From the NCBI GenBank assembly GCA_963675915.1, contig OY780959.1, positions 2,460,001 through 2,492,000 on the forward strand: a DNA stretch of 32,000 nt, given 5' to 3'. Of this stretch, positions 1 through 9,139 are shown piece by piece. The notes beneath the pieces are model-generated. The model worked only from the letters and a program-made list of their open reading frames with translations, was not told the DNA's origin and made no database searches. The stretch's first letter is position 1; every line of letters starts with the position of its first letter. This DNA comes from Coprobacillaceae bacterium. GTDB lineage: Bacteria > Bacillota_I > Bacilli_A > Erysipelotrichales > Coprobacillaceae. The position numbers and the translations under genes are program-made.

Positions 1-6
1 AATCTT

Positions 7-35
7 TTGAATTATGGCGGTTTGTATGTTAGAAT
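7..35 (+). promoter_or_regulatory. SigA-type promoter candidate for the aminopeptidase gene
   Basis: TTGAAT (7-12), 17-nt spacer, TAGAAT (30-35) preceded by TGt (27-29), i.e. an extended -10. Confidence 0.5.
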
Positions 36-63
36 AAGCCCGTAAATAATGGAGGAAATTAAT

Positions 64-1431
64 ATGTACAATAAAAATGCATGGGAGAAATACAGTTCTA
101 ACGACTATAAAGACGTTATGGACTTCAATGAAGATTATAAAGTCTTCTTATCTAATGGGAAAACTGAGCGGGCAGTAATCAAAGAAACAATCGAGCTGGC
201 TCAAGCGGCTGGTTTTAGACCTTTTGAAGAGTTCGATACAGTTAAAACCGGAGACAAATTCTATGTCATCAATCATAATAAAAATATTGCCCTGTTTGTA
301 ATGGGGAGCAAACCCCTGAGTGCCGGGATGAGAGTCTTGGGAGCACACATTGATTCGCCAAGAATGGATTTGAAACCTAACCCTTTATATGAAGCGGAAG
401 GATTCGCTTTATTGGATACTCACTATTACGGTGGAATCAAGAAATACCAATGGGTTGCCATCCCGCTGTCACTTCATGGAGTTGTCATCAAACGTGATGG
501 TTCAACTATTGATGTTGTCATCGGTGAGGATGAAACTGATCCGGTACTGGGAATCACTGATTTGCTGCCGCATTTGGCTCAAGAACAAATGGATAAAAAA
601 GCCGCTAAATTGATCGATGGGGAAAAACTTGACCTTACTTTCGGATCAATCCCGGTTAAAGATTGTGAAAAAGACGCAACCAAAGAAAATATCGTGAAAC
701 TGCTTAAAGACAAATATGATATCGAAGAGGAAGATTTCCTTTCAGCTGAAATCGAAGTTGTTCCAGCCGGACCGGCTCGTGACTACGGAATTGACCGTTC
801 AATGGTAGCTGGATACGGGCATGATGACCGAGTTTGTGCTTATACTTCACTACAAGCCATTTTGGCAGTAGGTGATATTGAATATACATCATGCTGTATT
901 TTGGTTGACAAAGAGGAAGTTGGCTCAATCGGGGCAACTGGAGCTCAATCACTATTCTTTGAAAACACAGTTGGGGAAATCCTGGAAAAACAAGGAAACA
1001 CCAATTTCATGGATGTGCGTCGGGCAATGCAAAACACAATGATGCTTTCTTCTGATGTTTCGGCAGCTTTGGATCCTCTTTATCCGGAAGTTACTGAAAA
1101 GAAAAATGCTGCTTTCTTGGGTAATGGAATTGTCTTCAACAAATACACCGGAGCCCGTGGGAAGAGCGGATCAAACGATGCGTCACCTGAATACATGGCC
1201 CGAATCCGTAAAATCATGGATGAAGAGAAAATCAATTTCCAAACTGCGGAATTAGGAAAGGTTGACCAAGGTGGTGGCGGAACCATCGCATATATTCTGG
1301 GGAACTATAATATGAATGTAATCGACGCTGGAGTTGCTGTGTTGAACATGCACGCTCCAATGGAGGTTGTTTCTAAAGTTGATGTTTATGAAGCTTACCT
1401 GGCTTACAAGGTATTCTTAGAAAAAGCATAA
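64..1431 (+). CDS. M18-family aminopeptidase (aspartyl aminopeptidase-like)
   Basis: Long ORF with M18-like motifs (GAHIDSPRMDLKPNP, GYGHDDRVCAY, DKEEVGS, MHAPMEV). Start moved from the ORF-track ATG 49 to ATG 64 because GGAGGA (51-56) sits 7 nt upstream of it. Confidence 0.85.
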   Translation: MYNKNAWEKYSSNDYKDVMDFNEDYKVFLSNGKTERAVIKETIELAQAAGFRPFEEFDTVKTGDKFYVINHNKNIALFVMGSKPLSAGMRVLGAHIDSPRMDLKPNPLYEAEGFALLDTHYYGGIKKYQWVAIPLSLHGVVIKRDGSTIDVVIGEDETDPVLGITDLLPHLAQEQMDKKAAKLIDGEKLDLTFGSIPVKDCEKDATKENIVKLLKDKYDIEEEDFLSAEIEVVPAGPARDYGIDRSMVAGYGHDDRVCAYTSLQAILAVGDIEYTSCCILVDKEEVGSIGATGAQSLFFENTVGEILEKQGNTNFMDVRRAMQNTMMLSSDVSAALDPLYPEVTEKKNAAFLGNGIVFNKYTGARGKSGSNDASPEYMARIRKIMDEEKINFQTAELGKVDQGGGGTIAYILGNYNMNVIDAGVAVLNMHAPMEVVSKVDVYEAYLAYKVFLEKA

Positions 1432-1436
1432 ATGAT

Positions 1437-1464
1437 AAGACCGGCAATCCGGTCTTTTCTTTTT
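1437..1464 (+). terminator. Rho-independent terminator after the aminopeptidase gene
   Basis: AAGACCGG (1437-1444) / CCGGTCTT (1449-1456) hairpin with a 4-nt loop, followed by TTCTTTTT. Confidence 0.75.
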
Positions 1465-1528
1465 AAACTAAAAAATAGAGCGGTTTCATTTTTGTTTTTA
1501 GTAAATTTAAAATATTCAGTTTATTTTA

Positions 1529-1557
1529 TTGACAAATTTTATTCTATCTAGTATTCT
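1529..1557 (+). promoter_or_regulatory. trp operon promoter candidate
   Basis: TTGACA (1529-1534), 17-nt spacer, TATTCT (1552-1557), just upstream of the T-box leader. Confidence 0.6.
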
Positions 1558-1567
1558 AGATTTAGAT

Positions 1568-1833
1568 AAACCGATGAAGTGGAAATAAAAATAATTGTCG
1601 CCCTTATAGAGAGTTTGGATGGTGGAAGCAAACAGGTAGCAAATTATTAAATGGCCCACTGAGGGCATTGAAGAAAGCGTGCGAGTATTCAATGACGGCA
1701 GATACCGTAAACAATCAGTGATGTGATAGCATCATCAAGTGCATGGAAACATGAAACAAGGTGGCACCGCGGTTAATAATCGTCCTTGGCAGAGAGAGTC
1801 TATTCAGGTCTTTTTCTGTCAGGGATTTTTTTT
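1568..1833 (+). promoter_or_regulatory. T-box riboswitch leader, tryptophan-specific (UGG specifier), with terminator
   Basis: Stem I elements: GATGAAG K-turn-like (1573-1579), AGAGAG box, distal loop GGTGGAA closed by GTTTG/CAAAC. Upper stem AATAATT (1590-1596) / AATTATT (1642-1648) is followed by AAA-TGG (TGG 1652-1654) and a lower stem AGTGG/CCACT. Conserved T-box sequence AAACAAGGTGGCACCGCGG (1754-1772). Terminator CCTTGGCAGA (1784-1793) / TCTGTCAGGG (1815-1824) plus a T8 run (1826-1833). Confidence 0.9.
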
Positions 1834-1850
1834 GTACAAGGAGAAATAAT

Positions 1851-3311
1851 ATGATCAGCCCGAAACTAAGCGAAATTAAAAAACTGAATTTAGAAAATTA
1901 TGATTTGGTACCGATTAAAAAGGAGATGTTGAGTGATTTTACAACTCCAATCGAAGTTATGCGGATTTTAAAAACGGTTTCCAAGAACACTTTCCTGCTG
2001 GAAAGCAACGTGGATGCTCAAAACTGGGGGCGTTACTCATTTTTGGGATTTAACCCGAAAATGGAGATTTCAGCATTGGATAAAGTGGTCAAATGCAACG
2101 GAATAGCCCAGGATGGTTATGATGTGGAACGATTCATCCGTGAGATTCTCCACCAGAACCGTTCATATAAGTTCAAGGATTTTCCGACATTCACCGGAGG
2201 TTTGGTAGGGTACTTCGCCTATGATTACTTCGGTTACTGTGAACCGAATCTCGAACTTGCCAAAGAAGGGGCTCAGGGGTTCAATGATGTTGACTTGATG
2301 CTTTTCGATGAAGTTATCGTCTTTGATAATTTCAAAAAGAAAATCGTCCTGATTGGCAATGTCGACGTCAACAACCTGGAACATTCTTATCATGAAATTG
2401 TTCATAAATTGAATGAGATTGAGGAATTGATCCGCTCAAACAAGAAGGCTGATATTCCAAAACTCCAACTCAAATCGGCTTTCAGACCGCTGTTCAAACA
2501 ACAGGAGTATTGCGACATGGTCAAAAAAGCCAAACATTATATTGTCGAAGGAGATATCTTTCAAGTGGTGCTGGCCAACCGGCTTAAAGCTCAGGCCAAC
2601 GGATCGCTCTTTGATACTTACCGGGTGTTAAGAACAACCAATCCTTCGCCGTATATGTTCTATTTTGGATCTGATCAGCTGGAATTGGCCGGGGCTTCTC
2701 CCGAAACGCTGGTCAAACTGGAAAATGGTCAGATTTCAACCTTCCCGCTGGCAGGGACCAGACCACGCGGAAAAACCGACTATGAAGACAGTCAATATGA
2801 AGAAAGTCTTAAAAATGATGAAAAAGAGCTGGCGGAGCACAATATGCTTGTGGATCTGGGCCGCAATGATTTGGGTAAAATCGCCAAATTCAATACGGTT
2901 CGCCTCTCGCGTTATCTCGAAGTTTTGAAATATTCGCATGTAATGCATCTTGGTTCAATCGTGACAGCAACCATCGATGAAAAGTACGATGCTTTGGATG
3001 CCATTCGGGCAGTCTTGCCGGCAGGGACATTGTCAGGGGCGCCGAAAATCAGAGCAGCTGAAATAATCAATGAATTGGAGAACAATCGTCGTGGAGTCTA
3101 TGGTGGAGCTGTGGGATATCTTGATTTCACCGGAAATATGGATACCTGCATTTCAATCCGGCTGGCGTATAAGCAAAAACAGGATCTCTATGTCTGCTCG
3201 GGAGCGGGAATCGTTTATGATTCAGTACCGGAAAAAGAGCATCAGGAGTGCATTAACAAGGCCAAAGCAATCATCCAAGCGATCGAAATGGCCCAAGGAG
3301 GTTTAGAATGA
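1851..3311 (+). CDS. trpE: anthranilate synthase component I
   Basis: Motifs LAGTRPRG, GAPKIRA and GVYGGAVGYL. ATG 1851 is preceded by AAGGAGA. The ORF-track GTG 1761 lies inside the T-box and terminator, so it was rejected. Confidence 0.95.
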   Translation: MISPKLSEIKKLNLENYDLVPIKKEMLSDFTTPIEVMRILKTVSKNTFLLESNVDAQNWGRYSFLGFNPKMEISALDKVVKCNGIAQDGYDVERFIREILHQNRSYKFKDFPTFTGGLVGYFAYDYFGYCEPNLELAKEGAQGFNDVDLMLFDEVIVFDNFKKKIVLIGNVDVNNLEHSYHEIVHKLNEIEELIRSNKKADIPKLQLKSAFRPLFKQQEYCDMVKKAKHYIVEGDIFQVVLANRLKAQANGSLFDTYRVLRTTNPSPYMFYFGSDQLELAGASPETLVKLENGQISTFPLAGTRPRGKTDYEDSQYEESLKNDEKELAEHNMLVDLGRNDLGKIAKFNTVRLSRYLEVLKYSHVMHLGSIVTATIDEKYDALDAIRAVLPAGTLSGAPKIRAAEIINELENNRRGVYGGAVGYLDFTGNMDTCISIRLAYKQKQDLYVCSGAGIVYDSVPEKEHQECINKAKAIIQAIEMAQGGLE

Positions 3312-3874
3312 TTTTACTGATTGATAATTATGATAGTTTTGTGTATAACCTCTATCAGTACCTGGGGGAATTTACGCAGGATATCAAGGTGATTAGAAAC
3401 GATGATTATACACTTGACCAAATCAAGAAGATGGACTTTGATGCAATAGTTATTTCACCTGGTCCGGGTCGGCCTGATGAAGCGGGAGTCATCGAAGACG
3501 TAATCAGCTATTACTATGATAAAAAACCGATTTTAGGCGTTTGTCTGGGGCATCAGGCCATCTGTGAAGTGTTTGGTCATGAAGTGACCTACGCGCCGAC
3601 TCTGATGCATGGAAAATCGAGTCTGATGCATATAATTGAGGATACACCATTGACCCACGGGATCAAAACTCCGACTATCGTGGCCCGTTATCACTCTTTG
3701 GTTGCCAATGAAGCCAAAAGTGATCTTCAAGTTGTGGGAACAAGTGATGATGGCTGCATTATGGCGGTAAAGCATCAAGATTATCCCGTATATGGGGTTC
3801 AGTTCCACCCTGAGTCGATTATGACAATTGATGGCAAAAGAATGATTCAAAATTTCCTGGAGGAAGCACAATGA
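3308..3874 (+). CDS. trpG: anthranilate synthase component II (class I glutamine amidotransferase; could also serve PabA)
   Basis: GVCLGHQ catalytic Cys motif and FHPES. The start overlaps the trpE stop (ATGA). Confidence 0.9.
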   Translation: MILLIDNYDSFVYNLYQYLGEFTQDIKVIRNDDYTLDQIKKMDFDAIVISPGPGRPDEAGVIEDVISYYYDKKPILGVCLGHQAICEVFGHEVTYAPTLMHGKSSLMHIIEDTPLTHGIKTPTIVARYHSLVANEAKSDLQVVGTSDDGCIMAVKHQDYPVYGVQFHPESIMTIDGKRMIQNFLEEAQ

Positions 3875-4878
3875 TAAAAGAAGCAATTATTCAACTTACC
3901 AAAAAGCAAGATCTCACTGACAAGCAAGCCTATGATTGCATGAATGAAATAATGAGCGGTGCGGCAAGTGATGTTCAAAAAGCGGCCTATCTGACCGCTC
4001 TCAATATGAAAGGTGAGACGGTCGCGGAGATTACCGGAAGTGCTAGAAGCATGCGGGAACACTGCACGCCTTTCAATTCGGTAGATGACGTATTTGAAAT
4101 CGTCGGGACCGGAGGAGACGGTTCGAACAGTTTCAATATTTCTTCCACCAGTGCCTTGATCCTCGCAGCCGGAGGGGTTACGATTGCTAAACATGGTAAT
4201 CGGGCAGCTTCGAGCAAGTCGGGGGCCGGAGATGTTTATGAACAGCTTGGCATCAAAGTTGACTGTGCTGTGGCCCAATCGGAGGAATCATTAAGGGAAA
4301 ACGGCATTTGCTTCCTTTTTGCTCCGGTCTTCCATCCGGCAATGCGTTTTGTCGGCCCAATCAGGAAGGAACTGGGAATCAGAACTATTTTCAACATTCT
4401 GGGACCATTGACCAATCCGGCTCGGGCAAAAAGCCAGGTAATGGGAGTCTACAGCGAAGAGCTGGTTGAACCGATGGCGCATGTCCTTTCAAATCTGGGA
4501 GTTACCAGAGGAGCAGTTGTGTTCGGTCAGGATACCATGGACGAGATTTCACTTAGCGCCAAAACTACGGTGATGGAAATCAACAATGGGAAATTCACGA
4601 GATATGAAATCGATCCTCGGGATTATGGATTCGATCTGATTGATAAAAATGAAATAGTCGGAGGAACCCCGAAACAAAACGCCCAGTTGACCATGGATGT
4701 TTTAAACGGTAAACCGGGACCTCATCAGAATATTGTCCTCCTCAATGCCGGGATGGGATTCTACTTGGCCGGCAAAGCCGACAGTTTCGCCAACGGAATT
4801 CTTTATGCCCGTGAAGTGATTGAATCAAAGGAAGCGTTGAATGTGCTGGACAAGTTTGTTAAAACGACAAATGGGTAA
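3871..4878 (+). CDS. trpD: anthranilate phosphoribosyltransferase
   Basis: EIVGTGGDGSNSFNIS and KHGNRAASS motifs. ATGA overlap with trpG. Confidence 0.95.
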   Translation: MIKEAIIQLTKKQDLTDKQAYDCMNEIMSGAASDVQKAAYLTALNMKGETVAEITGSARSMREHCTPFNSVDDVFEIVGTGGDGSNSFNISSTSALILAAGGVTIAKHGNRAASSKSGAGDVYEQLGIKVDCAVAQSEESLRENGICFLFAPVFHPAMRFVGPIRKELGIRTIFNILGPLTNPARAKSQVMGVYSEELVEPMAHVLSNLGVTRGAVVFGQDTMDEISLSAKTTVMEINNGKFTRYEIDPRDYGFDLIDKNEIVGGTPKQNAQLTMDVLNGKPGPHQNIVLLNAGMGFYLAGKADSFANGILYAREVIESKEALNVLDKFVKTTNG

Positions 4879-4883
4879 CTAAG

Positions 4884-5669
4884 ATGATATTAGATAAATT
4901 AGTGGATGCTACCAAAATCAGGATAGCCAAACAAAAAGAAAAAGAATCGCTGGAATTACTGCAACAAAAATGTGCCCAGCTTGATAATAATACCGGATTT
5001 CCCTTTGAAAAGGCGCTGCGTCAGCCGGGGTTGAATTACATCCTTGAGGTCAAGAAGGCATCGCCATCCAAAGGGTTGATCATGCCGGAGTTCGACTATC
5101 TGGCAATCGCCCGCGAGTATGAAAAAATCGGAGCCAGCTGTCTTTCGGTTCTTACAGAGCCGGATTATTTTCTTGGAGATGACCGTTATCTTCAGGAAAT
5201 CAGCCAGACAGTCAGCTTGCCGCTGCTGCGCAAAGATTTCATTGTCGATGAATATATGATCTATCAGGCCAAACTATTTGGAGCCAGTGCGATTTTGCTG
5301 ATCTGCCGGATCCTTGATGAAGCTACTTTGAAAAAATACTATGATCTGGCCGACGGGTTGGGACTTTCATGTCTGTTTGAAATTCACGATGATGCCGATT
5401 TGGAAAAGGCGTTGCAAGTGAATGCCAGAATAATCGGAGTCAATAACCGTAATCTTGATGATTTCACGGTCGATATCAACAATTCGGTGCGATACCGCCA
5501 TAAAACGGATTTCAACGGGATCTTCATCAGTGAATCGGGAATCTATGACCGAAAAGATATCGAAGTGTTGGAAAACAACGATTTCAATGGGGTCTTGATT
5601 GGTGAAAGCATCGTCAAGGCAGCTAACCGCCAGGAATATTTTGACATGTTGCGGGGGCGAAATGGCTAA
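4884..5669 (+). CDS. trpC: indole-3-glycerol phosphate synthase
   Basis: [16 protein letters not shown] and GVNNRNL motifs, in the expected position in the operon. Confidence 0.95.
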   Translation: MILDKLVDATKIRIAKQKEKESLELLQQKCAQLDNNTGFPFEKALRQPGLNYILEVKKASPSKGLIMPEFDYLAIAREYEKIGASCLSVLTEPDYFLGDDRYLQEISQTVSLPLLRKDFIVDEYMIYQAKLFGASAILLICRILDEATLKKYYDLADGLGLSCLFEIHDDADLEKALQVNARIIGVNNRNLDDFTVDINNSVRYRHKTDFNGIFISESGIYDRKDIEVLENNDFNGVLIGESIVKAANRQEYFDMLRGRNG

Positions 5670-7431
5670 GGTAAAGATCTGTGGTCTTTTCAAAGAAGCT
5701 GACATCGATTATGTCAATGAGGCCCAGGTCGATTATCTCGGGTTCGTCTTTGCGCCCTCGAAAAGACAGGTCGATTATGATCAGGCCAAGAAACTGGCCC
5801 AAAAGGCCAATGAAAATATCCTCAAAGTTGGAGTGTTCGTCAATGATTCGATCGATTTTATCACCCGGTTGGTCAATGATGGCATCATCGATTTGGTGCA
5901 GCTTCATGGTGATGAGGATGACAGCTATATTGAAAAATTGAAAAGCAAAGTTGATTGTCCGCTGATCAAGGCGATCAAAGTGGATAATAATACCGATTTT
6001 GAAAAAATAAGTTATGATGTCGACTACTACTTGCTCGACAACAAGGTGGCCGGTTCGGGCGAAAGTTTTGACTGGAGTCTGATCAGAAAGTTGGATAAGC
6101 CCTACTTTCTGGCTGGAGGCCTGAACTATGCAAATATTGATGAGGCACTCAAGATTGCCAACTATGCGGTTGACATTTCTTCGGGAGTCGAGGTTGATGG
6201 AATCAAAGACAGAAACAAAATTGCAACCATTGTAAGGAGAATAAGAATGAGCAAAGGAAGATTTGGAATCCATGGGGGTCAATACATCCCTGAAACGCTG
6301 ATGGATGAATTGTATAAAATTGAAGAAGCATACGAATTCTACAAGAATGATGCCAGCTTCAATGAAGAACTTAAGAAACTGCTGGATGAATATGCGTCAC
6401 GCCCTTCACTGCTTTACTATGCCAAAAAGATGAGTGAAGAGTTGCAGGGACCTAAGATCTATCTTAAACGTGAAGATCTTAATCATACCGGTTCCCATAA
6501 GATCAACAACGTACTGGGGCAGGTTCTGCTGGCCAAGAAAATGGGGAAAACCCGTGTTATTGCGGAAACAGGAGCCGGTCAACATGGTGTGGCCACTGCC
6601 ACGGCAGCTGCTTTATTGGATATGGAATGTGAAATTTACATGGGGAAGGAAGATACCGATCGCCAGGTTCTCAATGTCTATCGAATGGAATTGTTGGGAG
6701 CAAAGGTGATTCCGGTAACCTCTGGAACAATGACGCTAAAAGACGCGGTCAACGAAACGCTAAGAGTATGGACCGGAAGAGTCGATGATACTTTCTATGT
6801 CCTTGGTTCGGTAATGGGGCCTCATCCTTATCCGACCATGGTAAGGGATTTCCAAGCGGTCATTTCCAAAGAAGCAAGACAGCAGATTCTCGAAGTTGAA
6901 GGTAAACTGCCAACCGCAGTCTATGCCTGTGTGGGAGGTGGATCCAATGCAATGGGGATGTTCTACAATTTCATTGAAGATGAAGGGGTGGGACTGATTG
7001 GTTGCGAAGCCGCCGGAAAAGGGGTTGACACTCCTTATACAGCAGCGACAATTTCAACCGGGACTCTGGGAGTTTTCCATGGAATGAAATCATACTTCTG
7101 CCAGGATGAATTTGGTCAAATCGCTCCAGTGTATTCAATTTCGGCCGGTCTTGACTATCCGGGAATCGGTCCGGAACATGCAAACCTGAAAGATACCAAT
7201 CGCGCTCAATATCTTCCGATTACTGATGATGAAGCGGTAGAGGCCTTTGAATATTTGGCAAGATGCGAAGGAATCATCTGTGCAATTGAAAGTGCCCATG
7301 CCATTGCTCAAGTCATCAAGGATGCCAAAAAATACAACAAGGATGATATCATAATATGTTGTCTGTCAGGTCGTGGTGACAAAGACGTGGCGGCGATTGC
7401 CAGATACAAAGGAGTGGAAATCTATGAATAG
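5662..7431 (+). CDS. trpFB: in-frame fusion of phosphoribosylanthranilate isomerase (TrpF, about aa 1-195) and tryptophan synthase beta chain (TrpB)
   Basis: Start ATG 5662 (MAKVKICGL, a typical TrpF N-terminus) overlaps the trpC stop. The TrpF part ends ...[17 protein letters not shown] and runs without a stop into [18 protein letters not shown]. TrpB motifs present: HTGSHKINN (PLP lysine) and GGGSNAMG. An internal AAGGAGA (6234-6240) and ATG 6247 are retained at the junction. Confidence 0.85.
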   Translation: MAKVKICGLFKEADIDYVNEAQVDYLGFVFAPSKRQVDYDQAKKLAQKANENILKVGVFVNDSIDFITRLVNDGIIDLVQLHGDEDDSYIEKLKSKVDCPLIKAIKVDNNTDFEKISYDVDYYLLDNKVAGSGESFDWSLIRKLDKPYFLAGGLNYANIDEALKIANYAVDISSGVEVDGIKDRNKIATIVRRIRMSKGRFGIHGGQYIPETLMDELYKIEEAYEFYKNDASFNEELKKLLDEYASRPSLLYYAKKMSEELQGPKIYLKREDLNHTGSHKINNVLGQVLLAKKMGKTRVIAETGAGQHGVATATAAALLDMECEIYMGKEDTDRQVLNVYRMELLGAKVIPVTSGTMTLKDAVNETLRVWTGRVDDTFYVLGSVMGPHPYPTMVRDFQAVISKEARQQILEVEGKLPTAVYACVGGGSNAMGMFYNFIEDEGVGLIGCEAAGKGVDTPYTAATISTGTLGVFHGMKSYFCQDEFGQIAPVYSISAGLDYPGIGPEHANLKDTNRAQYLPITDDEAVEAFEYLARCEGIICAIESAHAIAQVIKDAKKYNKDDIIICCLSGRGDKDVAAIARYKGVEIYE

Positions 7432-8191
7432 AATAGCGGGTGCATTTAAAAAGAAAGCCTTTATCGGATTCATCACTGCCGGTGATCCGGATCTCGACAC
7501 TACTTACAACTGTATTTTAGAAATGGAAAGAGCCGGGGCCAGTCTGGTTGAAATTGGAATTCCGTTTTCGGATCCGGTAGCCGAAGGTCCGGTTATTCAG
7601 GAAGCTAATATCCGGGCATTGAATGGTGGAGTCAACACCAACAAGGTGTTCGAATTGGTTGAAAGAGTGCGTGAAGTTAGTGATATTCCGCTTTGTTTCA
7701 TGACTTACTATAACGTAGTATTTCACTACGGTGTTGAAAAATTCATGGCCAAATGCCAGGAAATCGGGATTGACGGACTGATATTGCCGGATCTTTCGTT
7801 TGAAGAAAGCGGTGAAGTCACTCAATTCAAGGAAAAATATGATCTTGAGCTGATTAGTTTTGTAGCTCCGACTTCCCAAAATCGGGTTAAGATGATTTCC
7901 AAAGAAGCAAAAGGATTCATCTACCTGGTTTCTTCGATGGGAGTTACCGGTACTCGTTCAAGCTTTGCCGGTGGCCTGGAAGAATTGGTTGGATTGATCA
8001 AAGAAGAAACCGACACTCCTGTAGCGATTGGTTTTGGAATCAACAGCCCTGACCAGGTCAGTGAATTTTCACAGTTCACCGATGGGGTGATCGTCGGATC
8101 GGCCATTGTCAAAATCATCGCCAAACACGGAACAAAAGCACCTAAATACGTGTATGAATACGTCAAACAAATGGTGGAGGCTTTGGCTTGA
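7424..8191 (+). CDS. trpA: tryptophan synthase alpha chain
   Basis: [11 protein letters not shown]..., [16 protein letters not shown] and GFGI motifs. ATG 7424 follows GGAGTGG and overlaps the trpB 3' end by 8 nt. Confidence 0.95.
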   Translation: MNRIAGAFKKKAFIGFITAGDPDLDTTYNCILEMERAGASLVEIGIPFSDPVAEGPVIQEANIRALNGGVNTNKVFELVERVREVSDIPLCFMTYYNVVFHYGVEKFMAKCQEIGIDGLILPDLSFEESGEVTQFKEKYDLELISFVAPTSQNRVKMISKEAKGFIYLVSSMGVTGTRSSFAGGLEELVGLIKEETDTPVAIGFGINSPDQVSEFSQFTDGVIVGSAIVKIIAKHGTKAPKYVYEYVKQMVEALA

Positions 8192-8724
8192 AATCAATGA
8201 TGGAATTCATCGACCAACAGCTTGAGGATATCCGTGTCGACGTTGCCGTCGACTTCACAGTGGGCAACGGGAAAGACACCCTCAAGCTGGTCGGTCATGC
8301 CAAAACCGTCTACGGTTTTGATATCCAGCCTGTGGCGATTGCCACGGCTACCAGTTTCTTGGAAAATCAGGGGATTGACCTGGCCAATGTTCATTTATAT
8401 GCCAAAAATCATCTTGATTTCGATCAACATGTTTCTCGGTTCGATCTGGGGATGTTCAATCTGGGCTATCTTCCCGGCGGGGACCACAGCATCACCACAG
8501 TCAAGGATAATACACTTGCCACTTTATCTAAGGCGACGGAGAAATTAAGACCGGGGGGAATCATTTTTCTGGCGGTCTATGTGGGGCACGATGAAGGTCG
8601 AGAAAGTGATGCTGTTTATGCTTTTTGCGAGAGTTTAACAACCGGTTTCAATATAAGTTGTTACAAAATGGTCAATAAGATTAAATCGCCTTATATAATT
8701 GTGCTTGAGAAACAAAAAAAGTAG
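8188..8724 (+). CDS. mnmM: YtqB/MnmM-family SAM-dependent tRNA (mnm5s2U34) methyltransferase
   Basis: Close motif match, from memory, to B. subtilis YtqB: DFTVGNGKDT, VYGFDIQ, FNLGYLPGGDHSITT, AVYVGHDEG. TTG 8188 overlaps the trpA TGA (TTGA), with GGTGGAGG 7 nt upstream. ATG 8197 or 8200 are alternative starts. Confidence 0.75.
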   Translation: MKSMMEFIDQQLEDIRVDVAVDFTVGNGKDTLKLVGHAKTVYGFDIQPVAIATATSFLENQGIDLANVHLYAKNHLDFDQHVSRFDLGMFNLGYLPGGDHSITTVKDNTLATLSKATEKLRPGGIIFLAVYVGHDEGRESDAVYAFCESLTTGFNISCYKMVNKIKSPYIIVLEKQKK

Positions 8725-8752
8725 TGATTTTTGTAACGTTAGGTGGTATAAT
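8724..8752 (+). promoter_or_regulatory. extended -10 promoter candidate for the HPr-like gene
   Basis: TGgTATAAT (8744-8752). Weak -35 GTGATT (8724-8729) at 17-nt spacing. Confidence 0.45.
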
Positions 8753-8775
8753 CTCGTTGTAGAGGAGGGATAGTA

Positions 8776-9051
8776 ATGGCTATAATTGAGGCAGTGATAA
8801 CCAATCCAGTTGGACTTTATGCAACTCCGGCGAGTAAATTGGTTGAGGCAGTAGGAGTATTCGAATCAAGTATTACAATCACTTACGAAAGTAAGACGAT
8901 CAATATGAAATCGGTAATGGGAGTATTATCTTTGGGAATCCCTCACAAAGCCAATGTTACAATCCAGGTTGATGGTAGCGATGAGATGGCAGCTAAAAAT
9001 CACATTATTGAATTGTTAAAAAAATTGGAAATAAGTGATAATATCAGATAA
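8776..9051 (+). CDS. HPr-fold phosphocarrier-like protein lacking His15 (Crh-like)
   Basis: 91 aa, aligns end to end with HPr. NPVGLYATPASKLV replaces the GxHARPA motif (Tyr15, Thr17), while INMKSVMGVLSLG keeps Ser46. Strong RBS AGAGGAGGG. Confidence 0.85.
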   Translation: MAIIEAVITNPVGLYATPASKLVEAVGVFESSITITYESKTINMKSVMGVLSLGIPHKANVTIQVDGSDEMAAKNHIIELLKKLEISDNIR

Positions 9052-9081
9052 GGATGGCGGGAGCTGTGCTTATCTTTTTTT
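9046..9081 (+). terminator. Rho-independent terminator after the HPr-like gene
   Basis: AGATAAG (9046-9052) / CTTATCT (9069-9075) followed by a T-run to 9081. The loop is rather large. Confidence 0.6.
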
Positions 9082-9082
9082 C

Positions 9083-9111
9083 TTGATGAAACAGCCCGAT
9101 TATGCTATATT
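9083..9111 (+). promoter_or_regulatory. promoter candidate for the mraY-murD-murG-murB-divIB unit
   Basis: TTGATG (9083-9088), 17-nt spacer, TATATT (9106-9111). Confidence 0.5.
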
Positions 9112-9139
9112 TTAGTTATTCAAAACGAAGGAGTTTACT

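Noticed and set aside
1761-1850. ORF-track N-terminal extension of trpE from GTG 1761
   Set aside because: It begins inside the conserved T-box sequence GGTGGCACCGCGG and reads through the leader terminator hairpin and T-run. ATG 1851 has AAGGAGA upstream and gives a normal TrpE N-terminus.
5599-5661. ORF-track extension of the trpF-trpB frame upstream of ATG 5662
   Set aside because: It lies wholly inside the trpC 3' end. MAKVKICGL at 5662 is the conventional TrpF start and overlaps the trpC stop.
5623-6282. 219-aa minus-strand ORF antisense to trpF
   Set aside because: It is completely nested antisense to a well-supported CDS, with no RBS or recognisable motifs. It looks like a shadow ORF arising from codon bias.
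7373-7423. ORF-track extension of trpA upstream of ATG 7424
   Set aside because: It lies inside the trpB 3' end. [11 protein letters not shown] preceded by GGAGTGG is the conventional TrpA start.
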